DNA from: Pristiophorus japonicus
Taxonomy: Eukaryota
DNA length: 64,000 nt
Direction of reading: 5' to 3'
Assembly (NCBI RefSeq): GCF_044704955.1
Contig: NC_092007.1
Location: 11,718,001 to 11,782,000, forward strand
Shown: positions 39,360 to 51,702 of the stretch, in pieces
Numbering within the stretch: position 1 is the stretch's first letter
Layout: every line of letters begins with the position of its first letter
Made by a program: the position numbers and the translations under genes
The notes under the pieces: generated by a model
Told to the model about the DNA's origin: nothing
What the model saw: the letters and a program-made list of their open reading frames with translations, nothing else
Databases searched by the model: none

Positions 39360-40083
39360 TGTAAGACTTACATTAATTAAGACAGGTTTTAGCCTGTAAA
39401 GTTTAGGTCTTTACTCTACACTTTACAGAGTTTGACTTATGAGACAAAAACAACACAGACTCTGGGTGTATGGCACCCACCCCGATACTGGGGTTATCTT
39501 TACTTAGAATAATCAAGAGATACAAGCAATCATGCATACATAGCACCAAATACACCATAATTTCTTATTATTAAGCCGCAGTGACCAATCCCATTAAATT
39601 ATTTCTTAACAGCTAAACATTGCCGTTTACCTAAGTGACTGCTAAGCAAAGGCATTCATGTCTGAGAGCTAACTCCAGCCGTGGTTAGCGATTGAAAGTT
39701 AACCCCCTGATCCTCTTGGTAACTGACCATGTCACCAATCGCTTGATTGCAGTCTTGCCCTCACATTTTGCAGCCATTATGTACTGTTTTTTTTCTGGAT
39801 ATCTGCCCACCGTGCACATAATTGTCCAGGTTAAAATATAGGGCAAGTCTTTTGCGATGAATATGTTTTTCATTCTCTTATTTCCTTGTTGCAACTCTTT
39901 CACCATTTCCGGACAATGTCTTTTTGCAGCTGGGGCATGTTAAAATTCTGGAGAAAGTCTTTTGAATTCACAAAGACTTTTGGGTCACTTCAACTGGTCA
40001 ACCTAGGTTTTCTGCCATCTTGGAGCAGTTTGCAAGCACAGTTATTAGCAGAAAATGGGACAAGACAAAGCCATCATTTTACA
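39360..40083 (-). mobile_element. ERV-B 3' LTR, second copy
   Basis: TGTAAGAC...TTTTACA; colinear with 53987-54699. Confidence 0.85.
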
Positions 40084-40132
40084 GAGGCAACCTGAAGTGA
40101 CTGGACTTCAACTGTTCGATTCCCTGTCACTT

Positions 40133-40520
40133 TTAGTTCACGTCATAATCATCTCCTTTCATCAGTGATGCCTGTATCAGCCTGAGCCACTCATGTTGCT
40201 GGCATCTCCTGTTAACACGGCAGATTATTATGAGACAATACAAGACAATCCCTGGCTGTCCAGCGACCAACACGTGCGAGAAAATCCGTATCCAAAGAGG
40301 AATTTCGATGTTCGTTACACCGTCCCACCAGGACGAAGCATCAGCAATCATAGACATTACTTTACGGAGTGGATTTGGGACTGTTTAACACGTTTCATTA
40401 ACGCTGTCAATTGTACTGCTGGAGCTGGGATGTCAGAGCTGAATCGAGCCATGTACTGGTGCAATTGCTGCTTTAAATCATCTTGTACAGCGATATCTAC
40501 TTGTCTGTGCGGATAAATGC
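40133..40520 (-). pseudogene. ERV-B env 3' end (membrane-proximal region, TM, tail)
   Basis: DASSWWDGVTNIEIPLWIRIFSHVLVAGQPGIVLYCLIIICRVNRRC..*; homologous to 23318-23735. Confidence 0.7.
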
Positions 40521-40564
40521 AGGAAGTACATAAAAGTACATGTTAAAACATATACAAATACATT

Positions 40565-40689
40565 TTATAGTTCCTTACCGTACCATAACCGAACTCCCAT
40601 TGCCTGATCAAAGTCCTCTGCTGTGGCTTCCATTTGCATGCCTGACCTGTAAATATCCATTCCGTCATTAGCAAACTGATACATGCTAC
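40565..40689 (-). pseudogene. Orphan LIM2-like terminal exon, copy 3 (stop lost, extended by 21 codons)
   Basis: (G)SMYQFANDGMDIYRSGMQMEATAEDFDQAMGVRLWYGKEL*. Confidence 0.5.
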
Positions 40690-40691
40690 CT

Positions 40692-41105
40692 GCACGGGTT
40701 AGATACAGAGTAAAACTCCCAATACAATGTCCCATCTAACACTCCCAGGGCAGGTGCAGCACGGGGTTAGATACAGAGTAAAGCTCCCTCTACACGGTCC
40801 CATCACACACTCCCAGGGTAGGTACAGCACGGGGTTAGATACAGAGTAAAGCTCCCTCTACACTGTCCCATCAAACACTCCCAGTGTAGGTACAGCACGG
40901 TGTTAGATACTGAGTAAAGTTCCCTCAACACTGTCCCATGTAACACTCCCAGGGCAGGTACAGCACGGTGGAAGATACAGAGTAAATTTCCCTCTATGCT
41001 GACCCATCAAACACTCCCAGGACCGGTGCAGCACGGGGTAAGATACAGAGTAAAGCTCCCTCTACACTGTCCCATCAAACACTCACAGGGCAAGTACAGC
41101 ACTGG
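40692..41105. repeat. 68-bp minisatellite, about 6 units
   Basis: Anchor GCACGG at 40759 and 40827 (period 68). Confidence 0.95.
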
Positions 41106-41469
41106 CAGATGGTGAAATGAATGAGTTATTTTGTTATATTTTGGTCTGTTCGCTGTCTACTCTCGTTTTCCTTTGCTCCTCTACTCACTATCTCACTCAC
41201 CCTCTCTCAAATACATTGCCAGTCCCTTTCACTCTCTCTCTTTGTTTCTCTCTCTCTGTCTCTCTGCCTCCCTCTCTCTGAGACATTCTCTCCGTCTCTC
41301 CCTTTCTCTGTGTCTCTCTATCTTTCTCACTCTCTCTCTCTTACTCCCTCTTTCTCTTTTTCTATCTCTAGCTCTAACTATCTACCTTTCTCTCTATCTC
41401 TCTCTCTATCTCTCTCTGTATCTCTCTCTCTATTTCTCTCTGTCTGTATCTCTCTCTCTGCCTCTTTCT

Positions 41470-42132
41470 NNNNNNNNNNNNNNNNNNNNNNNNNNNNNNN
41501 NNNNNNNNNNNNNNNNNNNNNNNNNNNNNNNNNNNNNNNNNNNNNNNNNNNNNNNNNNNNNNNNNNNNNNNNNNNNNNNNNNNNNNNNNNNNNNNNNNNN
41601 NCTCTCTTGCAGGTTACTGGAACGCTATCAGAGCCTTTATGATCCTGTCAGCGATGTCCTGTTTCTCGGGGCTGATCGCGGGAGTGCTCGCTTTCGCTCA
41701 CTCCTACTTCTTCGAGAAGTTTAACCACACCTTCGCTGCAGGAATCCTCTTCTTCATCTCCAGTGAGTATCATTACTGGCGGGTCATCACTGGCTGCGGT
41801 GTGAGAGAGGGAGAGAGAAAGGGAGAGAGAGAGAGAGAGAGAAACAGACAGACAGAGAGAGTGAGACAGAGAGCGAGACAGAGAGAAAGAGATAGACAAG
41901 GCGAGAGAGAGGGAGAGAGAGAGAGGGAGACAGGGAGAGAGCGAGAGACAGAGAGACAGACACAGGAACAGACAGAGACAGAGAGAGCGAGCGAGACAAN
42001 NNNNNNNNNNNNNNNNNNNNNNNNNNNNNNNNNNNNNNNNNNNNNNNNNNNNNNNNNNNNNNNNNNNNNNNNNNNNNNNNNNNNNNNNNNNNNNNNNNNN
42101 NNNNNNNNNNNNNNNNNNNNNNNNNNNNNNNN
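41470..42132. other. Two assembly gaps (41470-41601, 42000-42132) within CT/GA tracts
   Basis: Runs of N flanked by dinucleotide-rich sequence. Confidence 1.
41613..41762 (+). CDS. LIM2: Lens intrinsic membrane protein 2 (MP19/MP20), internal exon (150 nt)
   Basis: ttgcag|..|gtgagt; YWNAIRAFMILSAMSCFSGLIAGVLAFAH..FAAGILFFIS matches LIM2 YWNATRAFMILSA..FSAGIMFF. Confidence 0.93.
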
Positions 42133-42400
42133 ACAGAGACAGACAGAGAGAGGGAGAGACAGAGACACAGAGAGGTATAGACGCAGAGAGAGAGAGAGAC
42201 AGCGAGAGAGAGACATAGAGAGAGAGGGACAGCCCAGAGCAGCAGTGATTGATTGTATGGGTCGGTGGGGCGGTGTGTGTGAGCAAGTTGCACGGACTGG
42301 CACTGCGGTAACTTGTGGCGAATGGGGGGCCTGTGGGAGAAGGGATGCTGCGGGAAGTGTACGGGTTGTAACGCTCTGCTTTTCTCTCCATCCCGCCCAG

Positions 42401-42535
42401 CGTTCCTGGTGCTGTTGGCCATGGCTGTGTACACCGGGGTCACTGTCAACTTCCTGGGCAAGCGCTTTGGCGACTGGCGCTTCTCCTGGTCCTACATCCT
42501 GGGCTGGGTGGCCATGCTGCTCACCTTCTTCGCAG
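42401..42535 (+). CDS. LIM2: LIM2 internal exon (135 nt)
   Basis: cccag|..|gtaag, phase-compatible; LAMAVYTGVTVNFLGKRFGDWRFSWSYILGWVAMLLTFFAG. Confidence 0.95.
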
Positions 42536-42624
42536 GTAAGGCGCGGGGCTCTGCCAGCACGGTGGGGAAGATCCCTCAGATCACTGCCCCATCAAATGTG
42601 AGCTTTTCCACTTTGGTCGGAAGG

Positions 42625-42905
42625 ATTAAGAACATAAGCGCACAAGAAAAAAGAGCAGTAATAGGCCATGCTGCTCCTCGAGCCTGCTCCAACATTTAAT
42701 ACGATCATGGCTGATCCGGTCATGGACTCAGATCCACTTCTCTGCCCGCTCCCCATAATCTCTTAATTCCTTATCGGTCAATAAACTGTCTATCTCTGCC
42801 TTAAATCTAATCAATGTCCCAGCTTCCACAATTCTCTGGGGAAGCGAATTCCACAGATTTATTACCCTCTTAGAGTAGAAATTCCTCTTCATCTCAGTTG
42901 TAAAT
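42625..42905 (-). mobile_element. CR1 3' fragment
   Basis: FTTEMKRNFYSKRVINLWNSLPQ and aagaacataag tail. Confidence 0.85.
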
Positions 42906-42909
42906 GGGG

Positions 42910-44000
42910 GGCACTGAGCACTGATCTGGTCTCCATATACCTGGGTTAGACCACACATGGAGCGTTCTGCACAGTCTGGTCTTTCTATATCTTGGTGAGA
43001 CAACACTGGCAGCACTGTGCACGGTTCTGGTCTCCATATACGTGGGTTAGACCACACTTGCAGCACTGTGCACAGTTCTGGTCTCCATGTACCTGGATTA
43101 GACCAGACTAGGAGCACTGTGCACAGTTCTGGTCTCCATATACCTGGGTTAGCCCTCACTTGGAGCACTGTGCACAGTACTGGTCTCCATATACCTGGAT
43201 TAGACCACACTTGGAGCACCGTGCACAGTTCTGGTCTCCAAATACCTGGGTTAGACCACATGTGGAGCACTGTGCACAGTTCTGGTCTCCATATACCTGG
43301 GTTAGACCACACTTGGAGCACCGTGCACAGTTCTGGTCTCCATATACTTGGGTTAGACCACACCTGGAGCACTGCGCACAGTTCTGGTCTCCACATACCT
43401 GGGTTAGACCACACTTAGAGAACCGTGCACAGTTCTGGTCTCCATATACCTTGGTTAATTTACATTTGGAGCACTGTGCACAGTTCTGGTCTCCACATAC
43501 CTGGGTTAGACCAGACTTGGAGCACCGTGCACAGTTCTGGTCTCCATATACCTGGGTTAGACCGCACTTGGAGCACTGTGCACAGTTCTGGTCTCCATAT
43601 ACCTGGGTGAGACCACACTTGGAGCATCGTGCACAGTTCTGGTCTCCATATACTTGGGTTAGACCACACCTGGAGCACCGTGCACAGTTCTGGTCTCCAT
43701 ATACCTGGATTAGACCACACTTGCAGCACTGTGCACAGTTCTGGTCTCCACATACCTGGGTTAGACCACACTTAGAGCACCGTGCACAGTTCTGGTCTCC
43801 ATATACCTTGGTTAATTTACATTTGGAGCACTGTGCACAGTTCTGGTCTCCGTATACCTGAGTTAAACCACACTTGGAGCACTGTGCACAGTTCTGGTCT
43901 CCATATACCTTGGTTAGACCGAACTTGGAGCACTGTGCACAGTTGTGGTCTCCATATACCTGGGTTAGACCACACTTGGAGCACCGTGCACATTTACGAT
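42910..44000 (+). repeat. 51-bp minisatellite derived from CR1 ORF2, about 21 units
   Basis: GTTAGACCACACTTGGAGCACTGTGCACAGTTCTGGTCTCCATATACCTGG = VRPHLEHCAQFWSPYTW; continues into a CR1 3' end at 44000-44500. Confidence 0.95.
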
Positions 44001-44559
44001 ATCCATATTACAAAAAGGAGAAAGTGCAAAAGAGGATTTACGAGGATGATACCTGAACTGAGAGGTTATAACTTTCAGGAAATGCAGCACAGGCTGGTGT
44101 TCGGTAAAAAGTGAAGGCTGTGGGCTGAGCTGATAGACATCTTATGAAAGAGATTATGAAAGGGTTAGATAGGGTAGGCGTAGAGAAGATGTTTCCACTT
44201 GTGGGGGAGACCAGAACTAGAGCCATCAATATACGACAGTCACTAATAAATCCAATGGGGAATTCAGGAGAAACTTCTTTACCCAGAGAGGGGTGAGAAT
44301 GTAGAACTCGCTCCCACAGGGTAGGGTCGATTCGAATAGCAGAGATACATTTAAGGGGAAGCTGGATAAACACATGAGGGAGAAAGGAATAGAAGGATAT
44401 GGTGATGGGGGAAATGGAGAGGGGAGGGAGGGGGCTGGTGTGGAGCATAAACCCCGGCACGGAGCGGTGGGGCCCAATGGCCTGCTTCTGTGCTGTAAAT
44501 AATTTGTAGATCGACCTTTATCCCGAACTGGCCGAATGATCAGCAATGACATAAACCTC

Positions 44560-45240
44560 CTCTTTTCTGAGTGGAAACAACAGGTCTTGCAATGCTTCTG
44601 TACTTTGTAGAATTAAGACACTTGTGGCGAGAGAGGAGGATGTCACAACGCACAGCCAGCTCCGACAAATAGCAACGTGGTAAATGAGAAGATCATTTTT
44701 ATTGTTGATGCAGTTTGAGGGATAAATATTGGAGAACTCACTTCTGCTCTTCTTCAAAATAATAGCCATGGGATCTTTTACATTCCACCTGAGAGGGCAG
44801 AAAAGGCCACATGTTTAATGTCTCATCTGAAAGACAGCACTTCGACGAGTGCAACGCTCCCTCAGTCCCGCCGCTCTGACAGTGTGGTGCTCGCTCTGCA
44901 CTCGCCCTCCAACACAGCAGTCCTCCTTAGTACTGCGCCTCCGACAGTGTGGCACTCCCTCAGTACTGCCCCTCTGACAGTGCGGCACTCCCTCATAACT
45001 GCCCTCTGACACTGCAGTGCTCCTTCAGCACAACCCCTCCGACAGTGCAGAGCTCCTTCATGACTGCCCTTCCGATAGAGTAGCGCGCTCTCAGTACTGC
45101 CCCTCCTGAAGTGTGGTGATCTCTCAACACTGCCCTTTAGTTTTACCCTAGATTGTTGTGCACAAGTCACTGCAGTGGGAATCAAACCCACGACCTTCTG
45201 ACTCGAAGGCGGGAGTGCTGCCCACCGAGCCAAGGTTGAC
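44560..45240 (-). mobile_element. tRNA-derived Deu-domain SINE (SacSINE1-like) with internal 33-bp expansion
   Basis: Box A TGGCTCGGTGG (45222-45232), box B GGTTTGATTCC (45178-45188); core CTCTCAGGTGGAATGTAAAAGATCCCATGGC..GAAGAAGAGCAG..AATATTTATCCCTCAA as recalled for DeuSINEs. Confidence 0.8.
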
Positions 45241-45830
45241 AGGGGACAAGTAGCAGAATGGATCGCAAGCTGGCTGCAAAACAGGAAACAGAGAGTAGAG
45301 GTTAAGGGTAAGTTATTCAGACAGGCGGAAGGTGGAAAGTGTTGTTCCACAAGGATCGGTGCTGGGACCACTGCTGTTCACCATTTACACAAAGGATTTG
45401 GACTCGGGAATTGGAAGTACAATGTAACAATTTGTGGACAAAACCAAATTGGGGTTTGCAGATAACACAAGGGAAGAAGGAGACAACATACAAGAAGAGA
45501 TTGATCAATTTGCTGAATGGGCGGGTAATTGGCAAATGAAGGTCAATAGCGATAAGTATGAGATCAGGAGGCCACATACTGTTTGGATTATAAGAGTCTA
45601 AATGGGATAGAGGGACTGAGGGGCCTGGGAGGTACAGATTCACAAATCACTAAAAGTAGCGACACAGTTTAATAGGACCACAAAAAGCAAACCAACAGTC
45701 GTGTTCAATTCTTGAGGGATAGAATTCAAAAGCAGACAGTTTATGTTAAGTTTGCAGCCAACCTCGTTAGACCACACTTGGAGCACTGTGCACAGTTCTG
45801 GTCTCCAAATACCTTGGTTAGACCACATTT
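45241..45830 (+). mobile_element. Old CR1 fragment ending in 51-bp units
   Basis: WL.NRKQRV, PQGSVLGP remnants; the interrupted unit resumes at 49966. Confidence 0.8.
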
Positions 45831-48800
45831 AGAAACATAGAAACGTAGAAAATAGGTGCAGGAGTAGGCCATTCGACCCTTTGAGCCTGCACCGCCATTC
45901 AATGAGTTCATGGCTGAACATGCAACTTCAGTACCCCATTCCTGCTTTCTCACCATACCCCTTGATCCCTCTAGTAGTAAGGACTACATCGAACTCCTTT
46001 TTGAATATATTTAGTGAATTGGCCTCAACAACTTTTGTGGTAGAGAATTCCACAGGTTCACCACTCTCTGGGTGAAGATGTTTCTCCTCATCTCGGTCCT
46101 AAATGGCTTACCCCTTATCCTTAGACTGTGACCCCTGGTTCTGGACTTCCCCAACATTGGGAATATTCTTCCTGCATCTAACCTGTATAAACCCGTCAGA
46201 ATTTTAAACGTTTCTATGAGATCCCCTCTCATTCTTCTGAACTCCAGTGAACACAAGCCCAGTTGATCCAGTTTTTCTTGATAGGTCAGTCCCGCCATCC
46301 CGGGAATCAGTCTGGTGAACATTCGCTGCTCTCCCTCAATAGCAAGAATGTCCTTCCTCAAGTTAGGAGACCAAAACTGTACACAATACTCCAGGTGTGG
46401 CCTCACCAAGGCCCTGTACAACTCTAGTAACATCTCCCTGACCCTGTACTCAAATCCCCTCGCTATGAAGGCCAACATGCCATTTGCTTTCTTAACCGCC
46501 TGCTGTACCTGCATGCCAACCTTCAATGACTGATGTACCATGACATCCAGGTCTCGTTGCATCTCCCCTTTTCCTAATCTGTCACCATTCAGATAATAGT
46601 CTGTCTCTCTGTTTTTACCAACGAAGTGGATAACCTCACATTTATCCACATTATACTTCATCTGCCATGCATATACCCACTCATCTAACCTATCCAAGTC
46701 ACTCTGCAGCCTCATAGCATCCTCCTCGCAGCTCGCACTGCCACCCAACTTAGCGTCATCCGCAAATTTGGAGATACTACATTTAATCCCCTCGTCCAAA
46801 TCATTAATATACAATGTAAACAGCTGGGGCCCCAGCACAGAAACTTGCGGTACCCCACTAGTCGCTGCCTGCCATTCTGAAAAGTACCCATTTACTCCTA
46901 CTCTTTGCTTCCTGTCTGACAACCAGTTCTCAATCCATGTCAGCACACTACCCCCAATCCCATGTGCTTTAACTTAGCACATTAATCTCTTGTGTGGGAC
47001 CTTGTCGAAAGCCTTCTGAAAGTCCAAATATACCACATCAACTGTTCTCCCTTGTCCACTCCACTGGAAACATCCTCAAAAAATTCCAGAAGATTTGTCA
47101 AGCATGATTTCTCTTTCACAAAACCATGCTGACTTGGACCTCTTTCCAAATGCACTGCTATGACATCCTTAATAATTGATTCCATCATTTTACCCACGAC
47201 CGATGTCAGGCTGACCGGTCTATAATTCCCTGTTTTCTCTCTCCCTCCTTTTTTAAAAAGTGGGGTTACATTGGCTACCCTCCACTCGATAGGAACTGAT
47301 CTAGAGTAAATGGAATGTTGGAAAATGACTGTCAATGCATTCGCTATTTCCAAGGCCACCTCTTAAGTATTCTGGGATGCAGTCCATCAGGCCCTGGGGA
47401 TTTATCGGCCTTCAATCCCATCGATTTCCCCAACACAATTTCCCGACTAATAAGGATTTCCTTCAGTTCTTCCTTCTTACTAGACCCTCTGACCCCTTTT
47501 ATATCCGGAAGGTTGTTTGTGTCCTCCTTAGTGAATACCGAACCAAAGTACTTGTTCAATTGGTCTGCCATTTCTTTGTTCCCCGTTATGACTTCCCCTG
47601 ATTCTGACTGCAGGGGACCTACGTTTGTCTTTACTCACCTTTTTCTCTTTACATTTCTCAAGAAATGTTTGCAATCCGTCTTAATGTTCCCTGCATGCTT
47701 CCTCTCATACACTATTTTCCCTGCGCTAATCAAACCCTTTGTCCTCCTCTGCTGAGTTCTAAATTTCTCCCAGTCCCCAAGTTCACTGCTATTTCTGGCC
47801 AATTTGTATGCCACTTCCTTGGCTTTAATACTATCCCTGATTTCCCTTGATAGCCACGGTTGAGCTCCCTTCCATTTTTTATTTTTATGCCAGACAGGGA
47901 TGTACAATTGTTGTAGTTCATCCATGCGGTCCCGAAATGCCTGCCATTGCTCATCAACAATCAACCCCTTAAGTATCATTCGCCAATCTATCCTAGCCAA
48001 TTCACGCTTCATACCTTCAAAGTTACCCTTCTTTAAGTTCTGGACCATGGTCTCTGTATTAACTGTTTCATTCTCCATCTTAATGCAGAATTCCACCATA
48101 TTATGGTCACTCTTCCCCAAGGGGCCTCGTACAACGAGATTGCTAATGAATCATCTCTCATTACACAACACCCAGTCTTAGATGGTCTCCCCCCAGTTGG
48201 TTCCTCGACATATTGGTCTAGAAAACCATCCCTTATGCACTCCAGGAAATCCTCCTCCACCGTATTGCTTCCAGTTTGGTTTGCCCAATCTATGTGCATA
48301 TTAAAGTCACCCATTATAACTGCTGCACCTTTATTGCATGCACCCCTAATTCCCTGTTTGATGCCCTCCACAACATTACTACTACTGTTTGGAGGTCTGT
48401 ACACAACTCCCACTAACGTTTTTTGCCCTTTGGTGTTCTGCAGCTCTACCCATATAGATTCTACATCATCCAAGCTAATGTCCTTCCTAACTATTGCATT
48501 AATCTCCTCTTTAACCAGCAATCCTACCCCACCTCCTTTTCCTTTTATTCTCTCCTTCCTGAATGTTGAATACCCATGGATGTTGAGTTCCCAGCCCTGA
48601 TCATCCTGGAGCCATGTCTCTTCAATCCCAATCACATCATATCTGTTAACATCTATTTGCACAGTTAATTCATCGATCTTATTACGGATATTCCTTGCAT
48701 TAAGACAAATCCTTCAGGCTTGTTTTTTTTAACACCCTTTGTCCTGTTAGAATTATGATGTAGTGTGCCCTTTTTGTTTCTTGCCTTTGTTTACTCGGCC

Positions 48801-49965
48801 TTCCCTATTGCTTTTTACCTTTCTACCATCTGTTTCTGACTCCATATTACTTCGCCCTATCTCGCTGCATAGGTTCCCATCCCCCTGCCATATTAGTTTA
48901 AACACTCCCGAACTGCATGAGCAAATGTTACCCCTAGGACATCAGTTCCAGTCCTGCCCAAGTGCAGACCGTCCCTTTTGTACAGGTCCCACTTCCCCCA
49001 GAACTGGTTCCAATGTCACAGGAATTTGAATCCCTCCCTCTTGCACCACTGCTCAAGCCACGTATTTGTTATAACTATCCTGCTCCCTCTACTCTGATTA
49101 GCACGTGGCACTGGTAGCAATCCAGAGATTACTACCTTTGAGGTCCTACTTTTTAATTTAACTCGTAGCTCCCTAAATTCAGCTTGTCGGACCTCTTCCC
49201 GCTTCTTAGCTATATTATTGGTACCTACATGTACCATGACAACTGGCTGTTCACCCTCCCTCTCCAGAATGATCTGCAGCCGCTCCGAGACATACTTGAC
49301 CCTTGCACCAGGGAGGCAACATAACATCCTGGAGTCTCGGTTGCAGCCGCAGAAACTCCTATCTATTCCCCTTACAATAGAGTCCCCTATCACTATAGGT
49401 CTCCAACTCTTTTTTACACCCTTCTTTGCAGCAGAGCCAGCCATGGTGCCATGAACTTGGCTGCTGCTGCCCTCCCCTGATGAGTCATCCTCCTCAACAG
49501 TACCGAAAGCAGTGTACCGGTTTTGCAGGGGGATGACCGCAGGGGACCCCTGCACTACCTTCATTGCACTGCTCTTCCTGCTGGTCTTCCATTCCCGAGC
49601 AGGCTGTGGACCCTTCACCTGCGGTAAGACCAACTCACTACACATGCTATTCACGTCATTCTCAGCATTGTGGATGCTCCAGAGTAAGTCCACCCTCAGC
49701 TCCAACTCCGCAACGCAGTCTGTCAGGAGCTGGAGGCGGATACACTTCCCGCACACATAGTCGTCAGGGACACCAGAAGTGTCCCTGAGTTCCCACATGG
49801 TACAGGAGGAGCATATCACGTGACCGAGCTCTCCTGTCATGATTTAACCCCTAGATAAACTTAATTTGGCAACAACAATGCTGAAGTTTACTCACTGTTA
49901 TAGACGATAAAAAAGAAATACTATTTTCCAATCACCAGCCAATCACTTACCCCTTTGGCTGTGAC
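45830..49965 (-). mobile_element. Near full-length CR1 LINE with ORF1 and frameshifted ORF2
   Basis: ORF1 49016-49840: CSSC..CGKC zinc finger, leucine zipper, GDSIVRG..HVGTNN esterase; ORF2 APE (ETW, GDFN, SDH) and RT (FADD); tail at 45831. Confidence 0.97.
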
Positions 49966-50029
49966 TTGGAGCATTGTACACAGTTCTGGTCTCTATATTG
50001 TAAAAATGGTCTGAAATGCTGCAGTGTCG

Positions 50030-50700
50030 CTTCAGTACTGCCCCTCCGACAGCGCAATACGGCGCTCCCTCAGTACTGCCCCTCCGACAGTGCGGCGCGC
50101 CCTCAGTACTGTCCCTCCGACAATGCGGCACTCTCTCAGTACTGCCCCTCCCACAGTACGGTGTTCCCTCAGTACTGCCCCTCCTAGAGTACGGCACTCC
50201 CTCAGTACTGTCCCTCCGACAGTGCGGCACTCGCTCAGTACTGCCCCTCCAACAGTGTGGCACTCCCTCAGTACTGCCCCTACGACAGTGCGGCACTCCC
50301 TCAGTACTGTCCCTCCAACAGTGCGGCACTCCCTCAGTACTGCCTCTCCGACAGTGCGGCGCTCCCTCAATACTGCCCCTCCAGCAGTGCGGAACTCCCT
50401 CTGTACTGCCCCTCCGACAGTGCCGCGCTCCCTCAGTACTTCCGTTCCAACCATGCGCCACTCCCTTAGTACTGACGCTCGGACAGTGCAGCGCTCCCTC
50501 AGTACTGCCCCTCCGATGTTATGAGGCTCCGTCAGTACTGCCCCTCCGACAGTTCGCCACTCCTGCAGTAGTGACCCTCGGACAGTGCGAAGCTCCCTCA
50601 GTAATTCCATTCCGACAGTGGAGCGTTCCCTCAGTACTGCCCCTCCGACAGTGCAGTACTCTCTCAGCACTGCCCCTGCAACAGTGCAGCGCTCCCTCAG
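50030..50700. repeat. 33-bp minisatellite, about 20 units
   Basis: Anchor CAGTACT at 50071 and 50104 (period 33). Confidence 0.97.
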
Positions 50701-50715
50701 AGTTTGGGATGTCCT

Positions 50716-51300
50716 GAGGTGGTTAAAGGCACTAACCAATTCCACAACCAACGGATCGGATTAAAGCTCTGCAGTCCTGCCACATCCAGTCGTGAATGGT
50801 GGTGGAGCATTAACCAACTAACAGGAGGAGGAGGCTCCATGAATGTTCCCAGCCTCAAAGATGGCGGAGCCCGGCACATGAATGCAAAAGACAAGCTTGA
50901 AGCATTTACAAGCACCGTCAGCTAGAAGTGACGAGTGGGTGATGCACATCGACCTCCGCCTGAGGTCCCCACCATCACAAAAGTCTATCTTCATCCAACT
51001 CGCTTCACTCCACGTGATGTCAAGAAGCGTCTGAGCGCACTCGACAGAGCAAAGGGTCTGGGCCCCGACAACATCCCGGCTGTCTTGCTGAAGACTTGTG
51101 TTCCAGACCTAGCCACGCTGCTCGCCACGCCATTCTAGCACAGCTCCAACACTGGAATCTACCCGACAATGTGGAAAACTGCCCAGGCAGGTCCTGTCCA
51201 CAAACAGCAGGACAAATCCAATCGGGCCAAATATCGCCCCATCAGTCTACTGCCCATCATCAGCAAAGTGATGGAAGCTGTCACCAACAGTGCACTTACT
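50716..51300 (+). mobile_element. Non-LTR retrotransposon RT-leader fragment of a different family
   Basis: SSREWWW, KGLGPDNIPAVLLKTC, YRPISLLPIISKVME. Confidence 0.8.
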
Positions 51301-51702
51301 CACTAATAAACGACTCTTTTTTTAACGACAGGCTTTCGAGCAAAGGAAAAATTCTTCAACTCCCCAACCATTCACTGCCAGTAAGTTTCACTACAAACGC
51401 ACATTATCCACACTCACAGGAATTCCAGAATTCTTTCAAGCGTCTTTCACTCAGTGAAATCCTGTGGTGTTTTTTTATACATTTCTTGACGCAATACTGA
51501 CAGCTCTCAGTGTTGGTTTCAACTTCTCCTTTACTCTCGGTCCCTTTAAAACCTGCTTCGAAATAACCCTATTGTTCCCACTAATTAATTTCTCCTCCGA
51601 GCTCTGTCTGTTCTGAACTGTATCTCTGTGCTGTTTCCTTTAACGCCTAAATTCCCCACGGACCGTGCGTTCTTACACCCTCTTTCCATTTCCTTCTGAA
51701 AC

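Noticed and set aside
42728-44114. Long repetitive ORFs on both strands
   Set aside because: Result of a 51-bp stop-poor tandem unit; no sign of a gene.
45165-45240. tRNA gene
   Set aside because: A/B boxes belong to a SINE head and are followed by SINE body.
45830-49965. Active autonomous LINE
   Set aside because: ORF2 is broken into several frames by frameshifts and stops.
49943-50751. Repetitive ORFs; CRISPR-like appearance of the 33/49/51/68-bp arrays
   Set aside because: Contiguous tandem units with no unique spacers, no cas genes, eukaryotic context.
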